Part shown: in pieces, positions 50,524 to 63,501 of the stretch
Numbering within the stretch: the stretch's first letter is position 1
Layout: each line of letters opens with the position of its first letter
Assembly (NCBI RefSeq): GCF_001194135.2
Contig: NC_068981.1
Span: forward strand, 88,552,174-88,616,173
Length of the DNA stretch: 64,000 nucleotides
Reading direction: 5' to 3'
Source: Octopus bimaculoides
Taxonomy: Eukaryota
Notes under the pieces: model-generated
Database searches by the model: none
Seen by the model: only the letters and a program-made list of their open reading frames with translations
Told to the model about the DNA's origin: nothing
Program-made: the position numbers and the translations under genes

Positions 50524-51321
50524 CAACCATTTGGATTTTTCTACACACAAAATTTTCTGCACGTAGATAACTGTATGGTAATACTCAGATCTGTGTGAAT
50601 AACTAACCAGAAGGAGGATGACCTTGGTTTAATATTAAATGTGTAATTGGTATAAAGTGAAGAGTAAGATGCAAATTGAATTTAAGAAGCTTGCTTAGAG
50701 CCACTCCAAGATTTAGTAAGATAAAACGTTTAGAAAAGAATCCTGAAGTAAACTAAATATTTAAATAGAAAAGAGGCTTGCCATAATGCAAATATATTAG
50801 CGTGGGTGTACTTGAGCACGTCTTTCTCTCAGTCTCTCCTTCTCAATTTCTCTCTCTGTCTCTGTCTCTCTGTCTCTCTCTCTCTCTCTCTCTAATTGTT
50901 TGTGCATATATGTACGAATTCATATATGTTCATGAATTTTCTTTCTTCACTTTCTAGTATTAATATGTAGACATAGATATGTATGTGTGTGTGTTCGTGT
51001 GAGTTCAAACGTGTGTGCGTGTGTGTGTGGGTGTGTACGTGCATGTGTGTGTGATAGGCAGAAAGAGAGAGAGAGAAAGAGAGAGAGAGGGAGAGTATAT
51101 CTGCGTATTTTGTAGAAAAATCTACTTACATAAATCGGCGGACAATACAACATATTACAGAAACACCCACATATGTGCGCGCGCATGTGTTTAGGGCTCG
51201 CAGTGGTATGGTTTCAGTCTCGATTCTGTTGCGTGGCATTTTGGGCAAGTGAATTACATATAGGTTTCAAACTTTGGCAACAATTTCAGGGGTGGCAGAT
51301 TGTCAATCTCCGTGATCAACG

Positions 51322-51673
51322 GGTACTTATTTTATCGACTTCGAAAGGATGAAAGGCAAAGTCGACCTCGGTGGAATTTGAACTCAGAAAGTAAAGTCGT
51401 ATGAAATACCGCTAAGAATTTTGCCCGTCATGCTCACGCCTGAGGTGAGTTACATATTCTTTTCTACTCTAGGTACAAGGCCCGAAATTTTTGGGGAGGG
51501 GGCCAGTCAATTTGATCGACCCCAGTACGCAACTGGCACTTCATTTATCAACCCCCGAAAGGATGAAAGGCAAAGCCGACCTCAGCGGAATTTGAACTTA
51601 GAACGTAAAGGCAGACGAAATACCGCTAAGCATTTCGCCTGGCGTGCTAACGTTTCTGCCAGCTCACCACCTT
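51322..51673 (-). mobile_element. Two adjacent SINE family B copies (partial at 51322-51440; near-full with B2 tail at 51456-51673)
   Basis: gaaaggatgaaaggcaaag.cgacctc.g.ggaatttgaact appears twice. Confidence 0.85.
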
Positions 51674-51799
51674 AACAAAACTAACGAATATTAAACAGAG
51701 GCTGAGATAACAGGTTGTTGTAATGAAAATGGAGAAGTAAAGTCAGAAACTGATAATGGAATTGGAAAATGTTATGCAAAACCGTTGGCAAGAAAAGCT

Positions 51800-52160
51800 C
51801 CCATAGTACCTGACTAGATTCAACTAAGCAAAAGTGGATAAAGATATTCCTTAGAATTGGCTGAGAAGTGCAGGACTCAAAGATAAAACAGATTTTGGAT
51901 TGGGGCCAAGACCAAATGTTTCATACCAGAAACTACTAAAAGTGTGTACATTGCGTAACTGCAGAATACATGGAGGTTGGGAAGAAACAGTTAACCACAT
52001 TGTTCCTTAGCCAAGAAAGAATGCACCTACAGACACAATTGTTTAGGATTTCATACACTGGAAATCATTCCAGCTATATGGAATACCAATAGAAAATGGG
52101 TGGTACAAACATAAATTGGAAAAGGTCTCAGAGAATGACAAAGCGATCTTACCGTGATAT
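51800..52160 (+). mobile_element. R4/Dong-like LINE ORF2 fragment (zinc knuckle to RLE region), frameshifted
   Basis: Pieces WLRSAGLKDKT, AQDQ, CRIHGGWEETVNHIV, AKKE..YRHN, IHWKSFQLYGIP...WYKHK..KVSENDKAIL follow the order of the 'WL...L...E...A.QDQ...CR.C...ET..HI....RH...IHW...WY.H....EN...I.WD' motif series. Confidence 0.75.
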
Positions 52161-53032
52161 AAGGAGAATAGGAATAGCAAATTCAAACTGAGTGGAGGCT
52201 ATGGAGAATCAATCAATCACATTACGTTTGATTGCATCGCGTTTGCCAAAAGGGAATGTGAAAACAGAGTTAAATATATAAAAAATCTCAAACGAGGATG
52301 AAAGCCACACAATTTCACATGGAAATCAGTAACCAAATATCCGACCATTACAAAAATACACCCTAGACCATACATGCAAAAATAAACAGAAAAATATCAT
52401 TCCACAACAGATAAAGTTAACATTGAGGAAAATCTCTCAGAAATAATATGGAAAACAGAAAATGAATTGTCAATAACAAAATCAATAAATATGGATCAAC
52501 ATGCCGGAGTTATGTTTAAACAAACGTCTCTTTGAAAGAATACAATAAGGCCATACAAAATCATTTCCATAGAAATAAACTTGAAAACCAACTAGCTAAA
52601 TGATGTAGTCTATACAGGAGACGTAGTAATATCACGTGACATCGGACTCGGTCTTAAAAGAGTAAGATCCTCCTTAGCCAAAATTGCAATAGTGCAAAGG
52701 AAATATATAGAATTAAAATTAAAATTAAAATCGGAACAAAAGATAATGATCCAACTTTATTTAGCGTAATGAGAAAAGGAGTGAAATATATAAAAAGGTG
52801 ATTCGACATCCCAGTTTTGAACTGCAGTTCCAAAATATTAAATAGTAAATCAGAAGCAAGTGGATAAAAGGGGTGAAACAGAAAAACTAGAAACCCTTTT
52901 ATAGTGCTCCGAAACTACCATCCGATAATGTATAGAGATATCATATACCTACTCTGTACCAATGAGGTACTGAGCTCATTATACGTACAGGACCACTAGA
53001 AGGTAACGGTTGCATGTCTAGAAGAATATTTC

Positions 53033-53203
53033 AGGCGTTGCTGTGTGGTAAGAAGCTTTCTTCGCAAACACATGGTTCCAGGTTCAATCCTACTGCGTGG
53101 CATCTTGAGTAAGTGTCTTCTGCTATAGCCACGAGCCGACCAAAGCCTTGAGAAACTGAAAGAAGCCCGTCGTATGCATACATCATACACACAAACATAG
53201 TGC

Positions 53204-53268
<65 letters not shown>

Positions 53269-53474
53269 TGTTTGTGTCTCCCTCTCCGTTTGACAACCGA
53301 TGTTGGCATGCTTATGTCTCCGTAACTTAGCGGTTCGGCAAAAGAGACCGATGGAATAAGTACTAGGCTTAAGAAATAAGTCCTGGGGTCCATTTGTTCG
53401 ACCAAAACTCTTCAAGGTGGTAGGTGCCCCAGCAGGACTACAATCAAAAGACTGAAACAAGTTAAAGAATAAAA
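53033..53474 (+). mobile_element. SINE family A, full length, with an internal (TG)n tract
   Basis: tRNA-like head (gctgtgtggtaagaag..., ggttcaatcc), body, internal microsatellite, conserved 3' half and an A-rich tail. Confidence 0.9.
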
Positions 53475-55559
53475 ATAATCCAAAGTCAGTAAAGAGAAAC
53501 TGATTTGTGCCTCAAAGGTACAAGAAAAGAAAAAAAGAAAGCTTTACGTATAAAGAAAGAATTATGTAGAAAATCGTAGCTAATTATACGAACGCAAAGG
53601 TTTACAGAAAGGTAAAAGAAAAGAAAGGTTAAACTAAGAAAAAAAAAACTTTTGCTCTGCCAGTTGACAAACATTAAATGAGCTGTCTCCCAGATGTCTT
53701 GCCTGTTTTGGAAAGCATAATTAGATTTGACCCTTTTATCCTCGACGAGCTTGGCGCTCTCACCCACCTATCTTTGAACACACTATAGGGCAGCACCTTA
53801 CTCCCTACGCTTATCTTCTTCTCCTGGTGCTTCTTAAAGAAATTGATAAGTGTTTCAATCAGACGGAAATATTCTTGCCCTCAAAACTTTCAAACATGTC
53901 AACCACACTACTTCTTTCACAATAGACAACAGACGGGAAGATTTGACCACACTCCCATGCCAAAGGAAAGTGGTGGATCGATTTTCATTATTGGCTCAGT
54001 TGATAACCGGATTTATACTACACGGTTACACGTCTGGAGGCTCCACCGTCTCCTTCATAGCAATTATTGTCCAAGATAATTAGTCATTCAGGAGAGTAAC
54101 CGAACGCGTTTCGGAAATCCTGGTTTCGCTATTAGCTACCACGTTCAGACGAAGAGACATGAGATCCTTGAGCAGGTGTCTACACCTTCCACGCCGATCC
54201 CAGATCATGTACATTTTTATTATAATTATTATAATTATTATAACTATTATAATTATTGCCATCAAATGAAGAGGAAAATGAAAATGAAAAGGAGTGGGTC
54301 ACTTACTGCAGTGTTGTGTTAAACCTTTTGTGGAAATCCGGTAGAGGACCTAAAAAAATCCTTTGTCCAGTAAGTTTTTGAAACGTTCCACATTATGTGA
54401 TAAATTTATGGTGTTGTTCTAACCCGAAGTTTCTCTTTTGTTGTTTTTGTGTCATTGAGTGTACAAACTCCAATAACTTTTCGTCCCTTCTCAGAGTTGA
54501 GGGACTTCGTCTTTGAGTTGTTGCTGTTGTAATTGTTTTAAGACTTTTTGTTGTGATGGATTTTATACAATGTAACTAAATATTAAAAGGCAATTTGACT
54601 GAAAGTCTATTGATTTGACCATCTTGCGTGCTTAATAATAGTAATATTTTAATGGACAACTCAGAACCTCAAGGAGAGCGATTCATATAACAGAAAAAGA
54701 TCGTAAAATGTATCAGTTGATAGGAATTGGTCTGCCTTCATGCTTCGTATCCAAAAGAGTTCGAACTTTATAAACTGCGGTTCTTCTTGATTAGCCCCAT
54801 ACTTATGAACAAAAATGTAGCAATTTCTTTTTTTTTGTATACTTCTCACTTCATTGTATAGTGAGGTCTTCCCTTCTTTTAAAAGAAAATAGTAGGATTG
54901 TGATTTGTGTGAGAATTGGTTGCTATTTCTTGCAAATCGAATGATTACGTAGACTTCCCTTTGTCTCATGAGATTAGAAGGATGATGGTAAAGGGATAAC
55001 TGAGCATGCCTCCTATGAAGCCCCCCCCCCACCAAATAACTTGGTGAATAACTGTTTGCATGCATCCATGTATCATCAAGCAAGTGTGTATATAAATTTT
55101 GACCTTTGTATGTATATGTGTGCGTGCGCGCGCGCGGTTGTGCATGTCTCTGTATGGATGTGTGCTAGAGTGTTTTCTTCAATGCGCATTATTAACATGT
55201 ACTCAGTTTCTGTTGTTGTTTATCTCAGATCGGCCCAGATTCTAGAAGATTCAGAAACTTCTAATCCGTCATATTTCCAAACAAAATTACATCATTCAAT
55301 GAATCCATTCAAGTTTTTTAATGGCAAGATGAGATTTGAAGTTTTGGCCGATGTTTCACGCAAACTGTGATACAACACATGCGTATGAGTTTGTGTCCAC
55401 ATCACTCTGTCTTTCTGTTTGTGTGCATGTAAACATGTGTAATTATACGCACATACACATATACACACACGTACATACATACATACATACATTCACATAC
55501 ACTGACATATACATACATACATACTCATATACGAAGGTTGAATTTTGTCTAATAAATCA

Positions 55560-56068
55560 CTGAGAAGCAGTCCTGGCAATTGCGGGACGGACGAGGAGGT
55601 CACAGCTACGACAGCAAGGCGGAGGCGAGGAATACGAGCGTGCGAAACGATGAAGAAACGGAGTTGCTGCTGTTGGTGACGAGTACGACGGTGCGGAGCA
55701 GGCCTGCGCGAATGAACAAGCGAGGTGTCAGCCGGAGTGCGAGGTGGAGTGCGACGACAGTGAAGGCGCTGGCGTGCGGATGGACGAGGTGGAGACGGCA
55801 TATCGAAGACTCGCTGGCCTTGTAGGGTCAAAAAGCACGTACCCAGTCGGAGATTGGTAACCTGAAGAGAGCAACGAGAAATACCCTTCCACACAACTAC
55901 CTCATCTGATCAGCAAGACCATAGATAGTAGTGTAAACGGAGGCGACGAACGGGGCAGCGACTGTGCGAGGAAGGTGTAAGGTGTCGACGTCGGCCGCCG
56001 GTCGCGGAGAGGATGTCGAATCTAGGTCGAGGTTCGGCGGGGAGGGAAATAAACGATGGAGTGCCACG
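55560..56068 (+). other. GC/CpG-rich segment, probably a decayed retroelement coding region
   Basis: Abrupt compositional island between (CATA)n and (TA)n. One plus frame reads protein-like with a few stops (…DGAEQACANEQARCQPECEVECDDSEGAGVRMDEVETAYRRLAGLVGSK…). Confidence 0.35.
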
Positions 56069-56109
56069 GCCATATATACATATATATATCGCTGACCACT
56101 ACATTTATA

Positions 56110-56280
56110 TATTTTTTCTCCTTGTTTCTCTCCTTGTTTCTTTCTGTGTTCCTTTCAGTTGAAGAGCGTAGGCTCGAAACGTCAAAGACTTTCTCTATTT
56201 CCGAGCGTTAAACTAATACATCCATTTGTTGTTTACACCACCTGCCTTCGTCTGTTGTTTTTTTCGTAAATTCTCCCATA
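56110..56280 (+). mobile_element. Penelope-like pLTR remnant, family P1, with a minimal hammerhead fold at 56152-56187
   Basis: cttt-CAGUUGA-a-gagc-gtag-gctc-GAAA-cg-UC-aaag. Stem I is cttt/aaag, stem II is gagc/gctc, stem III is the ACGU palindrome, and the cleavage triplet is GUC. Confidence 0.55.
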
Positions 56281-56387
56281 TATATGTATATATATATAAA
56301 CAACAACAACAACAAAAACAACAACGCGAGGACGTGATACAGATATTGTGTTACTGGACTCTCAGGAAAGGAAAGAAAGATACCAAT

Positions 56388-56484
<97 letters not shown>

Positions 56485-57226
56485 AGGGAATACGCATACC
56501 AGTATGCGTATAAAACATTTTGAGTATTACATATAGTTTAGAAAGTCAATACGTACGATTGCTATCTATGATTCTGGTGCACTCAAGCAGCAATAAAAGA
56601 ATGAGAACCTAGAATTCTGCTAGAAACCACTCTAGAATACCAGGGATCTCTAAGACTTCAAGGATAATTGAGTTTAGTGAAGAAAAAAAATGGTCAGTAT
56701 GAGATCTAAATAAAAAGAGCAATCATCCTTACAGAAATTAAAAATAGGCATATGATGGAAATAACTGCCAAATGGTTGGGAAAGATTAGAAGAAAATGGT
56801 TCCAGCATTTTGAAGTGATAAAATTCTGTATAAATCACAAATTTAATAGTGTCACATATCATTATAAATATGGGTTATACTGATAGACAGTAAAATGATT
56901 TCTACAGAATCAATAAAACATTATTTAGGTCAATAAAAGAGTGTTTTACTTGTAACGTATGGTATCGCAATGATTGATAGTGGGTTGTTAGGTTTCGTCG
57001 GTTTACTATAATGGAAGCGGTGGAAAGATAGAGCCATAGATCCAGAGAGAGAGAGAGAGGAGGGGAGAGAAGGAAATATAAAGAGATAGAGAGATAGAAA
57101 CTGAATAAGGGAGAATAAGAGAGATAGAGAGGAAAAGGGAGAGAGGAAAGAGAGAGAGGAGAAGGGAGAAAAGTGAGGAAAGAGAGTTCGTGTGTAAGAG
57201 AGAGAGAAAGAGAGAGAGAGGGTGAA

Positions 57227-57265
<39 letters not shown>

Positions 57266-57598
57266 GAGAGAATGAGAGAGATAATGAGAGAGAGAAAGAA
57301 TGAGAGAAAGAGAGAGAGAAAGAATGAGAGAAAGAGAGAAGCAAAGCGAGTGTGTGTATGTGTGTGTGTAAGAGGGAGCGAGAGACACACATACACAGAA
57401 GTTAGCGAAGAGAATGAAAGTATAGAGAGGGAGGCAGGCAGAAAAAATGGAAATAAAAATGAAAGATGGGTAAAAAGGAAATTAATTAAGGTTTAAAAAG
57501 AAATGCGGGGAAATAGAATATAAGGGAAAACTGTGTTTCAAGAACTCAGTAAAAGAGGGAAAGAAAAAGTACCTTGACAATTTGAGTGAGCTAATGAA

Positions 57599-57665
<67 letters not shown>

Positions 57666-58185
57666 AAGAGAGAGAGNNNNNNNNNNNNNNNNNNNNNNNN
57701 NNNNNNNNNNNNNNNNNNNNNNNNNNNNNNNNNNNNNNNNNNNNNNNNNNNNNNNNNNNNNNNNNNNNNNNNNNNNNNNNNNNNNNNNNNNNNNNNNNNN
57801 NNNNNNNNNNNNNNNNNNNNNNNNNNNNNNNNNNNNNNNNNNNNNNNNNNNNNNNNNNNNNNNNNNNNNNNNNNNNNNNNNNNNNNNNNNNNNNNNNNNN
57901 NNNNNNNNNNNNNNNNNNNNNNNNNNNNNNNNNNNNNNNNNNNNNNNNNNNNNNNNNNNNNNNNNNNNNNNNNNNNNNNNNNNNNNNNNNNNNNNNNNNN
58001 NNNNNNNNNNNNNNNNNNNNNNNNNNNNNNNNNNNNNNNNNNNNNNNNNNNNNNNNNNNNNNNNNNNNNNNNNNNNNNNNNNNNNNNNNNNNNNNNNNNN
58101 NNNNNNNNNNNNNNNNNNNNNNNNNNNNNNNNNNNNNNNNNNNNNNNNNNNNNNNNNNNNNNNNNNNNNNNNNNNNNNNNNNNNN

Positions 58186-58246
<61 letters not shown>

Positions 58247-59464
58247 GCTAGAACTGGAAGAAAGAAAGATAAGTGGTTGTAGATTAAAGACATAATGAAG
58301 TTATATCTAAATCGGCAAATATAGTTGAAATTATACAGAGTGAAAAAAAAAAGTGTTAGAGAAAGAAATGAGAGTTTGTGAGTAATGGATAGAGATTTCA
58401 AAGGAAATCTGATACCATCTCCCTTTCTACGTATTCAATCGACCTGCTTGGTGCAGCAGACAATTTTGATCTTTCTATCTGTATATCTTTCTTTTTCTCT
58501 CGGCAAACACCATATCGCTTTTGAAATGGGAGTTATATGTTTGAAGTTTTAGCATAGCGAGCACATAAAAACTAGAATACTATAGCTAAAACGCTTATCA
58601 CACTCTTATTCAAGTAACTACCTCAGTGCCATAAAGCAGATTTCACTGGGGAGGTCTGACCAGGGTTACATAATAGCAAGATGACGACAATAACAGCAAC
58701 AGTAACAGCAAAACAGCAACAGAAATCCAAACTGAGGTTTTCTGATGTAAGAAGTGGAATTCTAGTGTTATACATTGAATATAACGAGAACAAATCTCAC
58801 ATTCACTTGAACACGCCATTCATCTCTATATAAAATAACTGTTAGTGATTCGATAGCTTTAACATACATCGCATATACAACGTTTCAGAGTGTGGAGGAA
58901 TAGTGGATCCCTAGGAATTAAATTCAATTGTTTTCTACAGAAGCGTGAAAATGCAAGAGATACTTTCACTTAGAGTTGATCAGAGAAAATACTCAAAGAA
59001 ATGCAACAAATATAAACGTGGAGTAAATAATACTCTATATAGATGTACGTCTATTCAAATGCACACAATTATAATTAGTTACACCCCGCCACACAAACGT
59101 ATACATGCATACACACATACAAACACATACATACATACAGACAGAGAGACAGACAGGCAGACAAACAGACACACACACACCAGTACAAAAGCACTTTTGT
59201 AAGTCTGGGCACATCAGGATGTTACATGATAGAAATATCTCGAGTATACAGACAAATAAAACTAGAAACCTTCACAGAAGAACAATACTACATCCAAATG
59301 AAAATAATAGGGAATATCCTAATTAAAATAAAGAAACCATTCCCAGTTAGCAAGTGTTGGATCAATTATAAGAATCGTTATTCATATTCACATTCGTATG
59401 TACCATGGAAGACATGTAATATCAGCAATGCTCAAGTAGAAACTTTGAAGGGCAATAACAGTTT

Positions 59465-60319
59465 TAAAGGAAGTAAGCCCTGGAGTTGATAATATACTTT
59501 GATAATGCTAGAGTAACATAGCAAACGTTACCACCCAGTGACTGAGTGTATTTAGCAGTGTCCTTTGTTGTAAGTATACGAGTTGGGCCTCCGATTTGAA
59601 AATTTGATGACATTCATTTTTGGGTTGTGGTTTAAGCCTGTTCTCCGCATCTAAGCCATTGCTTGTCTCAAAAAATCCACTTTTCATCACCCGTCACTAA
59701 TCTGTCGAAAAAGGGTGAAATATGTTCATGAGAGTGAAGAGATGAGCAGATGCCCACTCACAATTTTCGGTTGGCTTCTGTCAAATCATGGGAAACCCAT
59801 TTTCCTAGTTAGGACACCTATCCAAGCTGTTGATGGCAGTGAACCGAGCTTGCTTGCCAATTCTCCAGCTGACACAGCATTATCCTTCTCAAGCTCTGAC
59901 AAAAATGTTCATCATCAAGTTCAACAGGGTGTCCTATTCATAGCCCTTCTCTTAGGCTGAAATCATCATTTTTGAACTTTTTGAACTTTTCAAACCATCT
60001 TCTGCAACTGTTTTCATGCAAGCACTCTTCCCATAAACAGATTGAATATTTCGGGCTGCTTCTGCTGCACTATTTCCATTTAGGAATTCGGAAAGCATTA
60101 TGTGCTTTAAATGTTCCTTCGAAACGTTCATCTTTGAGGGATTAATATTAGTAATTAATTCACTCATATTATTCTGTAAAAAGAAATTATATTAAGTTAA
60201 AGGTTTCCAAATTTATATGAGCATTAATCAATCAATACCATTTGACACTTTAGAATACTGTAAAATTTAAGAGAAATTATATATAGGATATTTCGCATAA
60301 TATTTATGGGATGATCTGA
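59465..60319 (-). mobile_element. Truncated mariner transposase pseudogene
   Basis: MNVSKEHLKHIMLSEFLNGNSAAEAARNI HTH, GHPVELDDE, ELASKLG, WVSHDL and FFDRLVTGDEKWIF. Candidate left TIR tcagatcatcccataaata next to a TA run. Confidence 0.85.
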
Positions 60320-60329
60320 TATATATATA

Positions 60330-60835
60330 TTCTTTTATTATTTTACTTGTTTCAGTCATTTGACTGCGGCTATGCTTGGGCACCGCCTTTAGTCGATCAA
60401 ATCGACACCAGGTCTTATTCTTTGTAAGCCTAGTACTTATTCTATCTGTCTCTTTTTGCCGAACCGTTGAGTTACGGGGACGTAAACACACCTGCATCGG
60501 TTGTCAAGCGATGGTGGGGGGACAAACACACACACAAACATATACACACACACACAAACATATACACACACACACATAGATATATACAACGGGCTTCTTT
60601 NNNNNNNNNNGGGACAAACACACACACAAACATATACACACACACACAAACATATACACACACACACATAGATATATACAACGGGCTTCTTTCAGTTTCC
60701 GTCTACGAAATCCACTCACAAGGCTTTGGTCGGCCCGAGGCCATAGTAGAAAACACTGGCCCAAGGTGCCACGCAGTGGAACTGAACCCGGAACCATGTG
60801 GTTGGTAAGCAAGCTACTTACCCCACAGCCACTCT
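60330..60835 (-). mobile_element. SINE family A, full length; the internal tract is duplicated across a 10-N gap
   Basis: Collinear with 53033-53474. Confidence 0.88.
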
Positions 60836-60972
60836 TGTGTCTACACACAGACACACACACACACACACAGACACACACATACACACACACATACACACAC
60901 ACAAACACACACACATACACCCCCCCCCNNNNNNNNNNNNNNNNNNNNNNNNNNNNNNNNNNNATATATATA

Positions 60973-61190
60973 TAGTAATCCCTCGACTATTACGGGTGTT
61001 ACCTTCCAAACCGCCCCGCGATTGGTGAAAATCCGCGAAGTAGAAACAGTACTGTATATTTTTTAAAATTATTTTTATAATTTGTATATATTTATTTTAT
61101 TATAAATGCAAAGCAACACTACAGAGGAATTGACATGAGCTTAAATAATAAACCACGATAGGTGAACCGTAATACGGCGAGGGATTACTG
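60973..61190. mobile_element. pogo/Tigger-like MITE (218 bp)
   Basis: TIRs (c/t)agtaatccctcg.c.tattacgg at both ends, with TA and CA flanks. Confidence 0.8.
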
Positions 61191-61224
61191 CATGTGTGCG
61201 TATGTGTGTGTGTGTGTGCATAGT

Positions 61225-61400
61225 ACAATATATTTGAAGCGCTCTTTTCAGCTTCCGTCTACCAAATCCACTCACAAAACCTTGCTTGGTTCGGGGCTAT
61301 TATAGAAATCTTTGCTCGAGGTGCAATGCAGTGTAGATGAATCCAAGACCCTGTGGTTTAGAAGTAAATGTCATACCATACAGCCTCATTTGCGCCTATA
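61225..61400 (-). mobile_element. SINE family A 5' half, diverged
   Basis: ttcagcttccgtctaccaaatccactcacaa..cctt, as at 60690. Confidence 0.65.
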
Positions 61401-62857
61401 ACAGTTAGGCTAAAGAGTTGTTACTTATAACCAGTGTTACTGCATTTATTACTTTTATTCACTATAAAATTCTGATTGATACACACTATTAATTTTGTAC
61501 TTACATGGATTTCTATCATCTCAAAAGGGTGGAGCATTTTTTCCCTAATCTTTCTCAATCATTTGGCTGTTATGTTTTCACCATATACTTACTTTTAATT
61601 TCTGTAAGAATGATTTCTCTCTTCATTTAAGAGAGACACTTGCTCAAGATTCCGCACGACCATAATTAACTGACAAGATTCAGGAATTAATATCTGCGAC
61701 AGTAACGAGATAGGAATCACCAATCCTTAGACAAACCGGTCGACATTTTATCGATTTAGTAAAACTTCAATTCTCAACATTTTGTAATGAACAAAACTGC
61801 AAAATAGATACATGAAAAAAAGAAAACTTTAAGAATAAATGTTAAACAGAATATTTTTTTAAAAATAGAAGCTACCTCTTTATCTGTCTGTTTATCAATT
61901 TATCTATTTCTGAATGTAAATAACATTACAGACTTTTATCTCTCTTTCAATGAAGAATTTTTCATGTATGCGTATGCAATACGCTTTTGCATACTATATT
62001 AAGCAGCACATATAATAATCCAACTATTAACTAACCTACTTACTTTCTTAGTTATTCATCCGTCCATCTATCCAGTTGATTCTTTGTGTATATATACCAG
62101 TCGTAACAGTTACGTATATATCTGTATGCATTTTATATATGTCTACCTACTCATAGATTTCATTATATCTGTAAATTTGCCGATATAACTTTCATTTAAT
62201 TGCTTTTACAGTCAAATTAAAAATCGATGGAAAAGTATGTCCAACGAGAAGTTGTAATTTAGAAAATTTGTGCTCAAATCAACTTTTAATGGTTTTGCTA
62301 TAATCTTTTTGTTCTTTTTCTTTCAATCATTATTTGTTATAATATTGATGATTATGGTTAAAAGCAGAAAGACAGGGAAGTTTAACGATAATGATAATGC
62401 TGCTGCTGCTGTTGTTGTTGATGATGATGATGATGATGATGATACTAAAGTGGCGTTGTGTTAGCTTGGTTGTTGCTTTCACTGTCTTATCATTATTGTT
62501 GTATTGTTCTATTTCAAAACTACTTACACACTTTTATGTTTAAATGAATGTATTAATGCATGCATCGCTCAAACTCCATTACTAATTTGAAACTTCAATA
62601 ATAGGGTTGATTACTGTATTGTACAGAGCTAAAATTTAATTTTAATCAATGTTTCGTAGAAGCTTATCTTCAGTTCATGTAATTTTTATTAATTGTGTTG
62701 CCGTGTTCTTGATCGTCATTAAAAGTCTAGGCCATGAATTCGAAATAGTCCTGGCGACCAGGACAATGATTGTTAACTGCCAGTTTCTAGTCCATCGTGA
62801 TTATAGACTCAACGACCAGTACCAGACTATAAGCGCTATTAATTTTGATATGCATGA

Positions 62858-63075
62858 GGGCAGCGAGCTGGCAGAATCGCTAGCGCGCCGGGCAAAATAC
62901 TTAGCAGCATTTCATCCGCCTTTTACGTTCTGAGTTCAAATACCGCCGAGGGCTACTTTGCCTCCTTTCATCTTTTCGGAGTCGATAAAATAAGTGGCAG
63001 TTGAACACTGGGGTTCAATGTAAGCGACTTATCTCCTTCCCCGAAATTACTGGCCTTGTACCAAAATCTGAAATC
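62858..63075 (+). mobile_element. SINE family B, full length, B2-type tail
   Basis: ggcagcgagctggcagaatcgctag head, gagttcaaata B box, and tail ccccgaaattactggccttgtaccaaaatctgaaa. Confidence 0.88.
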
Positions 63076-63119
63076 AATATATGTATGGATGGATGGATGC
63101 ATATGAGCGCTCGGTTTTT

Positions 63120-63372
63120 TGTCGAACGACCTGCACAAATGATTTGTTTATAGTGATCAAATATATGTGCCGCACATTTGCTTACCCTCTCCATCAAAGT
63201 GATATTGTCTGAATAGGTGCATCGTGTAACACACGTCAGGTGTCGAAGTGATCGCAGACCGACGTGAAATGAAGTGTTTTGTTCAAGAACACAACACACA
63301 ATCCAGTCTAGGAACTGAAATCACGATCTAGCGACCGTGAGTGCAACACCCTAACCACTAGGCCATGCGCCC
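63120..63372 (-). mobile_element. SINE family D
   Basis: The reverse strand gives ggcgcatggcctagtggttagggtgttgcactcac...tgtgttcttgaacaaaacacttcatttcacg. Confidence 0.6.
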
Positions 63373-63417
63373 TCACACACACATACACGCGCACGCACGC
63401 ACACTCACACACACACG

Positions 63418-63501
<84 letters not shown>

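Noticed and set aside
53640-54230. APE-like LINE endonuclease start (LLKDLMSLRLNVVANSETR, minus strand)
   Set aside because: A single weak motif; downstream frames show no further endonuclease motifs.
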